This document shows positions 27,370 to 39,849 of a stretch of 64,000 bases of DNA, in pieces. The position numbers were made by a program, and so were the translations under genes. The DNA lies in the NCBI GenBank assembly GCA_964016885.1, contig OZ024741.1, positions 224,998,001 to 225,062,000 on the forward strand, in the 5' to 3' direction. The notes below the pieces were generated by a model that saw only the letters and a program-made list of their open reading frames with translations, had not been told where the DNA came from and searched no databases. The DNA comes from Eledone cirrhosa (Eukaryota). Within the stretch, counting starts at the first letter, position 1. Each line of letters starts with the position of its first letter.

Positions 27370-28520
27370 ATGGTGGTCCACTAGGATTACCTATTCCATC
27401 AGTAGTCGAGCAGTACAAATGTGGTAAGGTGCGGATCGTGCTGATGCTGCGCCATTCAAGTGACCAAATCAGTCACTCCCTCCCCCCACCAGGGTTCCTG
27501 ACGGGAAGAAAATCGATGATATCGGAGGCAACGGAGTACTTCGTGGCCTTTCTAAGATACAATGATACAGTAGGTCCTACCCAGAGCAATAGAAAAGGTC
27601 TTGGAAATTCCTGATTCAGACACTATTACGCCATGAATCAGAGGGAGAGAAGGGTTGCGGTAGTCAACCAGGTAAAGAGGGAGGAACTGAGAAATAATCG
27701 CCATGTGGCTTTGGTGCAATGCGGCCAACGGGGGCCAGTGTGTATCGTAAGGGGAGTTTGTGGTTGAGCGTAAGACCGGATGGAAGAAATTGTGGTCATG
27801 GGAACCAGCTAGAACCAGTTTTCCGGTTCCCTCTGTCTATGTCATGCTTCCTAGTCCCACAAACTTTGGAAAGTAGAAGAGAGTAGCCTGTGAGAATGCG
27901 GGAAGGCTGGAACGATGAGACATATACTGTCCAAGTGCCTACTGGGCCCGAAGAATATATATACATGGCAGCCAACCAAGTCCTTAGAGTATTGGCTGAT
28001 GCAGTGGAAGAGAGGGCGAAGAGGTGTACAACGGCAAGAGACCACAAGTAGTAGAGACGAGCAGAATGAAGTTTTGTAAAGAAGAACATTGCAATCGAGC
28101 CGCTGTAAGAAAGAAGACTGATCTAAAATTGGAGTGGAACAGAGAGGTCTCATTTGATCTGGACGGTAAATACAACTTTCTCCTTATTACCGCCAATAGA
28201 CCCAACTTCGCCTTGTGCAATGAAAAGAGGATGGTGAAGATGGTTGAGCTTACTATCTCTTGGGAGGCAAACACGATGATGCACTCAACAGGAAGGCCAG
28301 GAAGTACAGTGAGCTAGTTGAACTCTGTGAAACTCACGGTTAAGTGGCATCCTGTTTCCCTGTAGATTCAGAGGATTTGTCGGAACCAGGGTTGACTCGT
28401 TCCTCAGGGGCCATCAATTGGAAATTACCTTTCTAGGGCATTGTTGGAGGCTGCTGAGAAAGTGAGTTACTACATATGGCTAAAACAAAAAGAAGATGAA
28501 TGGTGCGCTTGACACATTGA
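27370..28520 (+). pseudogene. HERO/R2-like RLE retrotransposon 3' remnant
   Basis: SVVEQYKCGKVR, YTW..VLRVLADAVEE, RPNFAL..MVELTISWEAN, with many frameshifts. Confidence 0.7.
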
Positions 28521-29634
28521 GGTAGAAGAAGACATCTCGCTCGGAGTTATAACACAAGACCCATCAAATTTTATGCTGTTCTGACGCTTTGGGGTGGACG
28601 GTGTTACACCAGACTTACCAAAGGCTATGGTGTTGTGCTAGAGCTTCATCGCCTACTTCAGTAGCTCTTGTGTCACAGTGGACGGGGCCGAAACACCTAC
28701 AGGGTTACTTCAGGACTTGATGGGACAGCAACTCTGCATTCAGTGACAGAGTACAGCAGCACACTCAGCACAGATTTGTGTTTACCAAGCTTAAATACAT
28801 ATAAGACGAAAAGACTGGAATGGCGACAGGAAGAGAGGAGGAGGTGGACAACGAAGGGTAAATACGGAAGTGGGAGATGTGTTTTGTATAAAAGGTTGCA
28901 GTTAAGTAAAAGGTAACCTGAATAAGGGAGTTTGTAATTGGCAAACTAGTGATGGTGTTGGTGGTAGTGAGAGAAATAATAAACAGTTATAAAGTATTAT
29001 ATGAATAAGAGGGATAGTGGGGGGGGGGATAAGGCTATGAGAGTTGAAGGAGTAGAATGCAAAATGTAGAACATGATGGTGAAGGGAAATAGTAGAAGGT
29101 GGTGAACTAGAAAGATACAGAGGTTAAGGACGGAAGACGAATATAGAAACATGTAGAAGGTGGTGGAGAAGGAGCAGGAAAGAGAAGAATAAAGAAAGTG
29201 GGACATAAGCCGGTGGAGGAGTAGGCGGAGGAGAAAGGGTGAAAAAAAAAACGGATTAGGAAAGAAAAAAAGGATAAAACAAGCAATAAGAGAAAGGGGT
29301 GGCGTAGGAAGATAGATGAAGGGGCGGTAATAAGAATATAAAGAAAGTGTAGTAGAAGGCGGAGGAGGAAGTGTAGAAAGAGGAAAGGAGAAAAAAAAGA
29401 AAAGTGTGGCAATCATGAATAGAAGGTGGAGGGGGAGTAGTCACAGCATAACATATCTAAGGTTCAGTTAGATACAATTATACTAAAGTTGGTGGTTTAT
29501 TTTACAGTAGAACTGTAGAACGGTAGAACTAGTGACGGTCTGTAATACGAATAAATCAAACAATGGAATGTGTTCTAGGCTGTGAGAAACAAGAAACAGT
29601 GTAACGTTTCGGACGCTTGTTATTCTTCAGAGAG

Positions 29635-29711
<77 letters not shown>

Positions 29712-30129
29712 AGGTCTTAATTTTGAATTGATAAAAAGGGGCTGGTGATGCCGAGAGGTGAAAATGTGAAGTGGCATAGAAAGGGAAATAAAAAAAAACA
29801 GGAGTGCGAGAGAAAGAAGGAAAGAGGAAAAAACCATTTTATGACAGTGGGAGTAGTGTTGGAGGTGATGTGAGTAATGGGGGAGATCTACGATGTAAGG
29901 GGGGGGGGCAGTATAATGTGGAGATGGGTTTGATCAAAATATAGTATCAAAGTAGAGATCAGTAGATATAGTGAGAGCCAGGTGAATGAGATAGGGGAAA
30001 AGAGAGATGGCTCTGCAAAAAGGCGAGGAATCTAAGGACAAAGGGACATACACATGATATCAAGGCTGCATAATTCTAACAAATGGTCTTCTCCCTTCTC
30101 TTCTCCTCCATTGTGATTGTATGTTAACT

Positions 30130-30690
30130 AATTGTTTCTACTTTTGGCACAAAGCCAGCAATTATCCCAGTGCGACCCCACAAGGGTGAAAGGTAAAGTT
30201 AACCTCGGCAGGATTTGTAAAGGACGTAACTCTATGCTGCAAAGCATGGCGTTCAACCCTCTACCAATACTGCCAATCCACTGCCCTTGGATGTTAAATA
30301 ATTGTTTCTACTTTTGGCACAAGGCCAGCAATTACCCAGTACATTACTGGTACTTTATTTTATCGACCCCGTAAGGATGAAAGGCAAAGTTAACCCCGAC
30401 GGGATTTGAACTCAGACGGTAATGGGTCGTAGCTATGCTAGAAAGCATGGCGGCCAACCCTCTACCGATACTGCCAATTCACCACTCTTGGATGTTAAAT
30501 AATTGTTTCTATTTTTGGCACAAGGCCAGCAATTACCAAGTGCATTACTGGTACTTTATTTTATCTACCCCGTAAGGATGAAAGGCAAAGTTAACCTTGG
30601 CGGGATTTGAACTCAGACCGTAAAGGGACGTAACTATGCTGGAAAGCATGGCGTCCGACCTTCTACTGATATTGCCAATCCCCCGCTCGC
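30130..30690 (-). mobile_element. Three tandem SINE copies
   Basis: Period up to 200 bp with the shared spacer CTTGGATGTTAAATAAT. Confidence 0.85.
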
Positions 30691-30989
30691 GTTAGCCTCC
30701 ACTACAACACAAAACAAACTTTACAATACTATAAAAGACTATATAACTACATGTATATATAGAACGCAGGCGGCGAATTGTTCGTTAGAAAGTGGGATAG
30801 AATGCTTTATGGTATTCGTTTCGGCTTTCTGAGTTGAATCCAGCCAAGTATATAGTTATATATAGTTAGGAAATGGCAACCATCACGTGGTCCTCCCTGC
30901 ACGGAATTCATTCCAACTAATGCCATTACTCGATATATGCACACTGCTTGATATATGCACACACCTTATACAATCAACTTGCTTTATTG

Positions 30990-31195
30990 TCAAAATCCTT
31001 TTAATCATAACTCTTATGAGTTATCAATCCAACGGCCCTTCTAAGTGCCAACCATCCCGACACATCAAGAGAACTCTACGTAGTTTACATGTCATATTGA
31101 GAGCGAAATGCGACTACCTGGCTAAAACAGCGAATGATCTTGATATTGATATCATATTAGTACAGGAAACCCATATCGGTGATGCCGAGAACTGC
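30990..31195 (+). pseudogene. APE endonuclease N-terminal fragment (Ingi/Vingi-like)
   Basis: RAKCDYLAKTANDLDIDIILVQETH. Confidence 0.55.
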
Positions 31196-31868
31196 TGTAT
31201 TTGTTTCTCTCCCATCTCTTTATCGCTCTCTCTTTCTCCGGAAGAAATCGGCTGTGTTCAGAGCTGGAGAATGATAGGCTCCACCAGATGTATAGCCTAA
31301 GGCACATGCCTTAAACCACTACGGTGTCCCTATGACTCTCTCTCTCTTATTCATCTCTTGCAAACCATGTATAGCTTTAAAATAACGGAAGAAAATGGGA
31401 CGGACACTTTGGTGTAATTATAGCATTTCTGCTCCGGCAAGTATGAATGTATGAATTCGTGTCCCGCAAGTGCTAAAGTCCATTTTTTCCCGTTAAGGGG
31501 ATTTATATACCCTATTATCGAGAGCCTAGATTCTAGCCTAGAATAGCCTAGATTCTAGGGTATTCTCTATATTCAAAATATTCGATATAACTTCTAAGTT
31601 TCTGATATTTATATATATATTTAGGTTTGTTGGTTCACCAGTGGATAGAACTGATCATTCCGTATAGTCAACCTTGATGTAATATTAGGGAGAGCACTCG
31701 ACGTAATGCAAAGAAATGAAATTTCGTTTTCATTTTATTACAACTCATCGTTTTCGGTGCGCCTGACCGATTTAACTCACTCAATATGCAAATTAGGCTG
31801 CTCAGCCGTTAATTTTCATAAGGAAAGTATATACTTTCGAACGTTCAACTATCTGGCAGATGGGTATA

Positions 31869-31909
31869 CGGTGCTGATGATAGCTAACAAGCTTGAAACT
31901 AGTACATCG
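31869..31909 (+). ncRNA. Type I hammerhead motif
   Basis: CGGTG-CTGATGA-T-AGCT-AACA-AGCT-T-GAAA-CTAG-TA-CATCG. Lies between direct repeats AATGAAATTTCGTTTTCATTTTATTACAACT at 31715 and 32189. Confidence 0.8.
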
Positions 31910-32061
31910 TTCCTGTGTCAGTGTTGAACAAAACGGTGACGTGGTTGCCTTAACACCGTGCGGCATAAATTCAGGCTGTTCAGTTTGTTTACAAACGAAC
32001 AAAGCGGGCGCTATAATAAGCGTCCGCTAAACTGATGCGTACATATATGTATGTGTACCTG

Positions 32062-32109
<48 letters not shown>

Positions 32110-32215
32110 TGCTACTGTACGTCTGTATACATATATGTATGTACGCATACATACATACTTACATTTAAGTGCCGTACTAAGAGTGAGAAATGAAATTTCG
32201 TTTTCATTTTATTAC

Positions 32216-32298
<83 letters not shown>

Positions 32299-32387
32299 AT
32301 GTTGAAAAGGTAACACACTACAGAGAGATACAGTGCGCCAGCAATTAAAGTGCTCAGGATTTCCTCTCATTTGAGCACATTATTAAC

Positions 32388-32580
32388 AGGGCGGTGGATT
32401 GGCAGTATCGGTAGAGGGTCGGACGCCATGCTTTCCAGCATAGTTACGTCCCTTTACGATCTGAGTTCAAATCCCGCTGAGGTTGACTTTGCCTTTCATC
32501 CTTACGGGGTCGATAAAATAAAGTACCAGTAATACACTGGGTAATTGCTGGCCTTGTGCCTAAAGTAGAAACAATTATTA
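32388..32580 (+). mobile_element. tRNA-derived SINE, main family
   Basis: Near-identical to 2281-2470. Flanked by a direct repeat ATTA(T)TAACAGGG. Confidence 0.9.
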
Positions 32581-32648
32581 ACAGGGAACGGCGAGAGTCT
32601 ATGGCTCCGTTAATGTAACGTGATATATTTATATATTTATATATATAT

Positions 32649-33900
32649 ACTAGCAGTAAAGCCCGGCGTTGCTCGGGGTCGCTCAGAAGCTGTGTTAAAG
32701 TTACAATGTTAAGTTTCTTTTTTGGCTTAAAAACTGTAGTGTCTACTGTGCAGACTTGCATGTGGTGTTTTTGATTAATATTCCCTCAACCAACAATATG
32801 CCTTATGAAGTTAAGAAAACATAACGATAACCCGAATGTTATAACAAAAGAGGATGCTGGGGATAAAAACTGCACTGGTTATTTATTAACAAAGATCGAA
32901 AATGTAAACACTGCAACGCAGAGAAAAACATTAGCGTAACCAAATTATCAGTTATGTCTGTCTGCACGCCTATATCACCTCTCTGCACGACTGTCTGTCT
33001 GCACGCCTATATCACCTCTCTGCACGACTGTCTGTCTGCACGCCTATATCAACTCTCTGCACGACTGTCTGTCTGCACGCCTATATCACCTCTCTGCACG
33101 ACTGTCTGTCTGCACGCCTATATCACCTCTCTGCACGACTATCTGTCTGCACGCCTATATCACCTCTCTGCACGACTGTCTGTCTGCACGCCTATATCAC
33201 CTCTCTGCACGACTGTCTGTCTGCACGACTGTCTGTCTGCACGCCTAACGAAATTTACAGATACATATATTTTGAATAAACTTATATAATTTTTGCTTTT
33301 TTTTACGAAATATTTGCTTGTTTTACGTAGTCTTTAAATAGACTTGTTTTCAAGTAAAAATATTGTTTTAAAAGGCTTTTAAATGGAAATGAAGCAAAAC
33401 GGAAGCTTAGTGTTCGAACTGATGAATTTTGCAGGTCAAAATTTTGCTGGCTCGACAACTGTTCGTGTATTGTGTTAATGTCATTTTAAACGCTGAGAAA
33501 GCCAGCGTAATTTTTTTAATTTTTGCCAGCGTAATTTTTTTAATTTTTGCACGCAGAAAATGTAAACAGAACGTAAGACGCTACGCTGAATGTAAACAGA
33601 ACAAAGGGAAATCATTTTTTTAATTTTTGCACGCAGAAAATGTAAAGAGAACGTAAGACGCTACGCTGAATGTAAACAGAACAAAGGGAAATAACTCATC
33701 ACTTACGCTCAAAAATCGATACATTATATTCGATTTCGTCAGATAGGGCGGGTCAATTTGAAATATTTTTTTTCCGATGTCTTCGCTAGGGCTCAATGTA
33801 CAAGTATAGCAATTTCGGTGCAATTCCGTGAGAGATTCTAAGAGGAGATGTGTGCCAAAAATCGATAGACAGACAGACAACCTCAGTTTTATATATATAT
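32649..33900 (-). mobile_element. Non-autonomous Helitron
   Basis: Minus strand starts TATATATAAAACTGAGGTTGTCTGTCTG and ends with hairpin CCCGAGCAACGCCGGG followed by CTAG|T. Confidence 0.7.
32955..33247. repeat. 37-bp minisatellite (~8 copies) inside the Helitron
   Basis: TGTCTGTCTGCACGCCTATATCACCTCTCTGCACGAC. Confidence 0.95.
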
Positions 33901-33904
33901 ATAT

Positions 33905-34600
33905 GTCGGCTGGAGAGAGGAAATGTAGGCTTTGCTTATCCGAGGCCATGGAGATAGTGAGATTAAAGGATGATGAGGTCAACCTGAATTCGGAGATTGT
34001 AATGGCGTGCAGACACCAGAGATGGTGCACACTCTCCGCATGGACACCACCGCACGGCCCAAACTAAAGGGGATGCGGACGTCAGTCCCAGCCGCGGCGC
34101 AAGTCCAAGGGAACTGACATCATATCTTGTTGACTATGTATGCCCTGTGGGGTAAGTCGACACAATCTATGCTACCTATCGGACTCTGCACGTCATCTTA
34201 AGCAACGACATCGCAGGAGCCGGGACACAGTCAACCAACTTCCATGGATATTCAGTCCCATACCATACATCAATAAGACACTCTATCTCACCCACAGTGA
34301 CATACTTCATTATAGCCTGTTCACGCACCCCTTGCATGTGTATCTTTTCAGTAGTGCATTTCATTATGTAACGCATTTCATTATGTAACACCTCATGTAT
34401 TTTTCCATGTACAACCCAATGTGTATCGTTATATACTTTTCTTTATATTTCTGATATAATTTTTTATATATTCTGCATACATTCCCCACATGTAGTCTCG
34501 CTTGAGGTTTCTATACGTAGAGTAATCCACGCTCGCAGCATAAAACCAATTCTGTCAGCAGGTACATTAAGGTGTATTTTTTCATGCACCGCCCAATGTG
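33905..34600 (+). pseudogene. Penelope-like element 3' fragment (GIY-YIG C-terminus + 3' region)
   Basis: KCRLCLSEAMEI..NLNSEIVMACRH matches the CxLC.E..I..LN..E..CRH tail also seen at 56.8 kb. Confidence 0.7.
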
Positions 34601-34754
34601 TATCTTTATATACTTTTCTTATATATTTATTACATATTTTTTATGTGTGTGTATATACACATACATTTATATATGTAAGAGTATATGTGTGAGTGTATGT
34701 GCATGTATATGCGTGAGTGTGTGTGTGTATGTTTACACACGTGTAGAGGGACAA

Positions 34755-34794
<40 letters not shown>

Positions 34795-34870
34795 GTGTGT
34801 GTATGTATATCTACTTGTGATATGTCCGTGTGGGCGTGTGTGTATGTTTACACACGTGTAGAGGGACAAA

Positions 34871-34902
<32 letters not shown>

Positions 34903-34971
34903 CGTGTGTGTATGTATATCTACTTGTGATATGTCCGTGTGGGCGTGTGTGTATGTATAAATGTGTATGTG

Positions 34972-35018
<47 letters not shown>

Positions 35019-35136
35019 AACAAGGGGAGAAGAATACTTCATGGTTGCACATGGATTACATATTATAAAATTAGTCCCTCATCAGTGATTTGCCAACCAT
35101 CATTGGTATTTCATCGCATATATATATATATATATT

Positions 35137-36518
35137 CGAGGCGAGAGGGAGCAACTTAACATACACGATTTTTGACAGCGGTAAGAAATTCTTTTCTTAT
35201 ATCAAAGTTTAACGGGCTTCCACTGATAATTTATAAGCGCCCACCTAAATATATTCTTACATGAATATATATTAGGCTTCTACATAAACTGAAATATTCT
35301 CCCAACTTGTAGAAAACTTATAATGAAACAATTGTTTGGAAAGAGAGATATACTTTAACTTTAATTATATCTCATAAAATAATACAACTGGTTTTTCCAC
35401 ATTATACATATTGTTAGCACCCCAAACACTTAAATTGGGTTTATATTTAAATATAACCTAATGTTTGTTGTGTGAGATGGTTACCAGTCAGAGTTTAGCT
35501 TTAAACTATCTCTGTTATTGTATTAAATATTTACTCTTGATTGGCCAGAGGTGTTTATTTCCAGGTACCTTATGAATTTGACTCTCCGTATTTATTACTG
35601 TTGTGAAATGTTGTGGCTTTTTTTGGTTGTAACTTCTCTGTTTTTTAGCCTAAGAAAATATATATATGCCTATGTATATAATTACATGCATACACTTATT
35701 TTCTTTTATTAATTGAGTTCTTTACACGAGGAATTAATATTGGTTTTGAAATAACTAATTAACCCGCGTGTGTTTTATATTTTACTCTTAATTCGGCCGG
35801 AGATTTACATTCCCATTTGCCCTTTAAAGCATAACTTTCTGTATTTACTGCGGTTATAAGATGTGGTTCTTATTCGGGTGCAACTTCTGATTTAGCCTAA
35901 GAAAATATCTATATGCGTGTGTAATTTATACAAGCATATATTTATTTTTTTTATTTTCAATTGAGTTCTTAACACGTTGGATTGATAATGTTTTCAAAAA
36001 AACTAATTAACCCGCGTGTATATTATTTTTTTCCTCATTTCGTGGATCATAGTTTGTCTCCCCTTCCCGCTTCGTGTCGCTATGATACTTCCTCAGTCAA
36101 AAACTGCTGGAATTTCAAATTTGGGTGTCATTCAAGGCGAGAGAGAGCTACTTTACGGACATGATTTTTGACAGCGGTAAGAAATTCTTTTCTTATATCA
36201 AAGTTTAACGGGCTTCCACTGATGATTTATAAGCGCCCACCTAAATATATTCTTACATGAATATATATTAGGCTTCTACATAAACTGAAATATTCTCCCA
36301 ACTTGTAGAAAACTTATAATGAAACAATTGTTTGGAAAGAGAGATATACTTTAACTTTAATTATATCTCATAAAATAATACAACTGGTTTTTCCACATTA
36401 TACATATTGTTAGCACCCCAAACACTTAAATTGGGTTTATATTTAAATATAACCTAATGTTTGTTGAGTGAGATGGTTACCAGTCAGAGTTTAGCTTTAA
36501 ACTATCTCTGTTATTGTA

Positions 36519-36520
<2 letters not shown>
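35137..36520. repeat. ~390-bp near-identical direct duplication (35137-35525 / 36133-36520) enclosing a diverged ~248-bp tandem pair
   Basis: Directly visible; TTTAGCCTAAGAAAATAT and TAATTAACCCGCGTGT each occur twice in the spacer. Confidence 0.85.
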
Positions 36521-36615
<95 letters not shown>

Positions 36616-36753
36616 TTATGCATGAGTGCATTAATGTTTTCCAGGACACAGTGTTATGTACCGTGTAGTGGAATGTCAGCTTACAACAGAGTGGTGCTCA
36701 ACGAAATGCAGAAAATAGGTGTATATTCCAGTTTAGCTATATTCCGGGTCGTG

Positions 36754-37095
36754 TATAAAGAATTAAAAAGAACAGAAAGATGCAGTAAAAGAGATTTATT
36801 CGGTTCATACGTACGTTTCAATAGACATCTATTTGCCTAGATCTCGCTACATCTATAATATTATATATTTAGTAGAGCATTCGATATCCAATGCACAATC
36901 GATCCCATATCATCAGCGATTATGTTACAAACATAATCTCTGATGATATGGGATCGATTGTGCATTGGATATCGAATGCTCCACTAAATATATAATATTA
37001 TAGATGTAGCGAGATCTAGGCAAATTGATGTCTATTGAAACGTACGTAAGAACCGAATACATCTCTTTTACTGCATCTTTCTGTTCTTTTTAATT

Positions 37096-37102
<7 letters not shown>
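36754..37102. mobile_element. 349-bp palindrome carrying a long-stem-II HHR in each arm
   Basis: Centre 36928 (3-nt loop). Plus-strand HHR: TCT-CTGATGA(36940)...GAAA(37037)-CGTACG-TA-AGA. Confidence 0.85.
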
Positions 37103-37171
<69 letters not shown>

Positions 37172-37175
37172 GTGT

Positions 37176-37536
37176 GTGTATGTATATCAAAAAATTTCAT
37201 GGAGAGACCAAGTTAGCAATGAGGAAGTGATGAGGAGGTCAGGATTGGAGAGGTTAAGGGACATTGTCCGGAAAAGGAGACGGCCTTTCGCGGGCCACAT
37301 CCTTCGTTTGCCGGCACATCAACCTGCGCATATTGCTATGGATTGGGTACCAGAAGGTGGCAGGAGAAAACGGGGAAGACCACGGAAAACATGGCGGAGC
37401 ACATTCAGGGATGACCTGCGGGAGATGGGAATTACCTGGAGAGGTGCTAGAAGGGCCGCCAGTGACAGGACCAAGTGGAGGAAGCTCATCGCCCAATGTT
37501 CCACAAGGGACTGGAGGAACTAAGGCTAAGACTAAG
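37176..37536 (+). pseudogene. RTE LINE 3' fragment
   Basis: ISWRDQVSNEEV..FAGHILR..GRRKRGRPRKTWR, followed by a short CTAAG-repeat tail. Confidence 0.85.
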
Positions 37537-38276
37537 ATGTATATCTATTTGTGATATGTCCGTGTGGGCGTGTGTGTATGTATGTATATATGTGTATGTG
37601 TGTATATATATATGTGCATGTGTGCGTATGTGTGTATGTATGTGTGTATGTGTATGTATGTATATAAATTTGTACGTGTATATGTTAGTATATGTACGCG
37701 TGTGTATGTGTTTGTGTGTGTATGTATATATACAGGTGTGTGTGAGTGTGTGTGTGTGTGTGTGTGCCTCTCTGTATGTGTGCATGTATGTGAATATTTG
37801 TGTGACTGTTTATGTGTGTGTATATATATGAATATGCGTATATGCTTCTGTGGGTACATGTGTGAAGGTAAGCACGCGAGCCCCTCTATATGTATCTGTC
37901 CGTGTCTCTGTATATGTGTGTGTGCGTGTGGGAGTGACAATAGGCACACACAGCAGTAGTTTTGCCGATGGGACTCTGGGTGAGTGACAGCTCACGCCCC
38001 GATGGTCAGTGGGCTGCTCCCAGTGGTCAGAATTATGGTGACGTCACTAACCAGTGACCAGCCCAAGGACGCGTAAACAGGATGAAGGTGGACGATATAG
38101 ATCCGTAGGGTCAGAACCACAGAAAGAGGATCTGCTCCGAAATCAATAGATGTGTCTGAGGAACCTGCGAATCCAGAGTCAGGTCGATCCACACACAGAT
38201 CGCACCTCGAGCTGTTCGGTGGGGAAACAATTGTAATACGCAATAAATTGAGTTCCGATGCATCACTGATTTTTCG

Positions 38277-38391
<115 letters not shown>

Positions 38392-38403
38392 TACTATATG
38401 TTA

Positions 38404-38875
38404 CATATTAAATTTAAGTGAAAAACTCTATTTATAGGAATATAAGACAGACAGACCCCCCCAAAAAAAAGAAATTAGTCAATCTCACTTATACATCGAT
38501 CTCCCTACCATGGTTACATTTGCGGAAGAAGTAATCATTGAACCCCCCCCCCCCCCCCAACATTTGAAGAACCCGCAAAAGCCTGTCACGTAGTCCTAAT
38601 ATTAACAGACATTTGTTCATTTAATGGTTCAACTACACAACGTGTTTTTGTACAGCATGCTGGATCGGCAACGGGATGTATAGTTTCATGATAAATATGG
38701 CCTCTTGGAATTGAAGCATAACTCCCCTGATGAATTTGCGTATTCTTCAAATGTTGGTCGTTTCCAATAATTACTTCTTCCGAAAATGAAACCATGGTAG
38801 AGAGATATATAAGAAAGATTGACTACAATTGTTTTTGGGGTCTGTCTGACTTATATTCATTTAAATTTAATATGA
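38404..38875. mobile_element. Fold-back element with a long-stem-II HHR (38722-38804, +)
   Basis: Arms 38404-38580 / 38735-38875. CTCCC-CTGATGA-ATTTGCG..CGAAAAT-GAAA-CCATGG-TA-GAGAG. Confidence 0.7.
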
Positions 38876-39606
38876 ATATTGCTTCTCTGATTGACATATC
38901 ATCTATATATTTTATCTATTCATTGAGATGTTTTGCTTTTAAAGATTAATTAGAGATTAATTAATCTTTAATTATTTCACACACACACCCATACACATAC
39001 GCACACATACTCATACACACACGTGCGCACACACACACTTAGCAACTAATTTACACGTTATTTCATGAACAGGCAGTTCCATTGATCGAGCTACTGGAAC
39101 ACATCGTTAGAACATATGGAGGTCCATTACAGTGTTATAGTGAGATATATATTTTTGATTTTTGTAGTGTTGTGTCGTTATATAATGTTGCGTGTTGAGT
39201 TATGATTATATTTGGAAGAAGTTTAAGGTCTGGACATACTTACAAAATTAAAACATTGTCGAACGCCTATAACCAATAAAATTACTGCAATGTGTGTCGC
39301 AATGGTAGCTCTTATTTACTTGACAATTCCTTCAGGTATTTCCAAGTTCCGACGTCATTATTCTACTTCAGGCCAATGTTGGCAATACTATTTCTTTGTT
39401 TCATGATAAGATTTTTTCTTTCTATTTTCATTTTAATTGCTTTTTGTGTTTTAATGATTTGATGTGATTTTTTCCTGGTTTTGAAGGATGATGATGATGA
39501 TGATGATGATAATGTAGAACATAATAAAATCACGATGAAGATGTCGATGGCGATGGTGATATTGACAGGAACATTATGATTTCTTCTTCTTCTTCTTCTT
39601 CTTCTT

Positions 39607-39637
<31 letters not shown>

Positions 39638-39849
39638 ATAATAATAATAATAATGGTTTCTTATATAGGCACAAGGCCAGCAAATTTTGTTGAGGGGGAA
39701 AAGTTGATTAAATCGAACCAGTGCATTACTGGTACTTTATTTTATTGACCCCGTAAGGAAGAAAATCAAATCTTACCTCGGCGAAATGTGAACTCTGCGA
39801 AGTATGTTGTCCGACGCTTTACCGATACTGCCTATACTATAACAAAATA

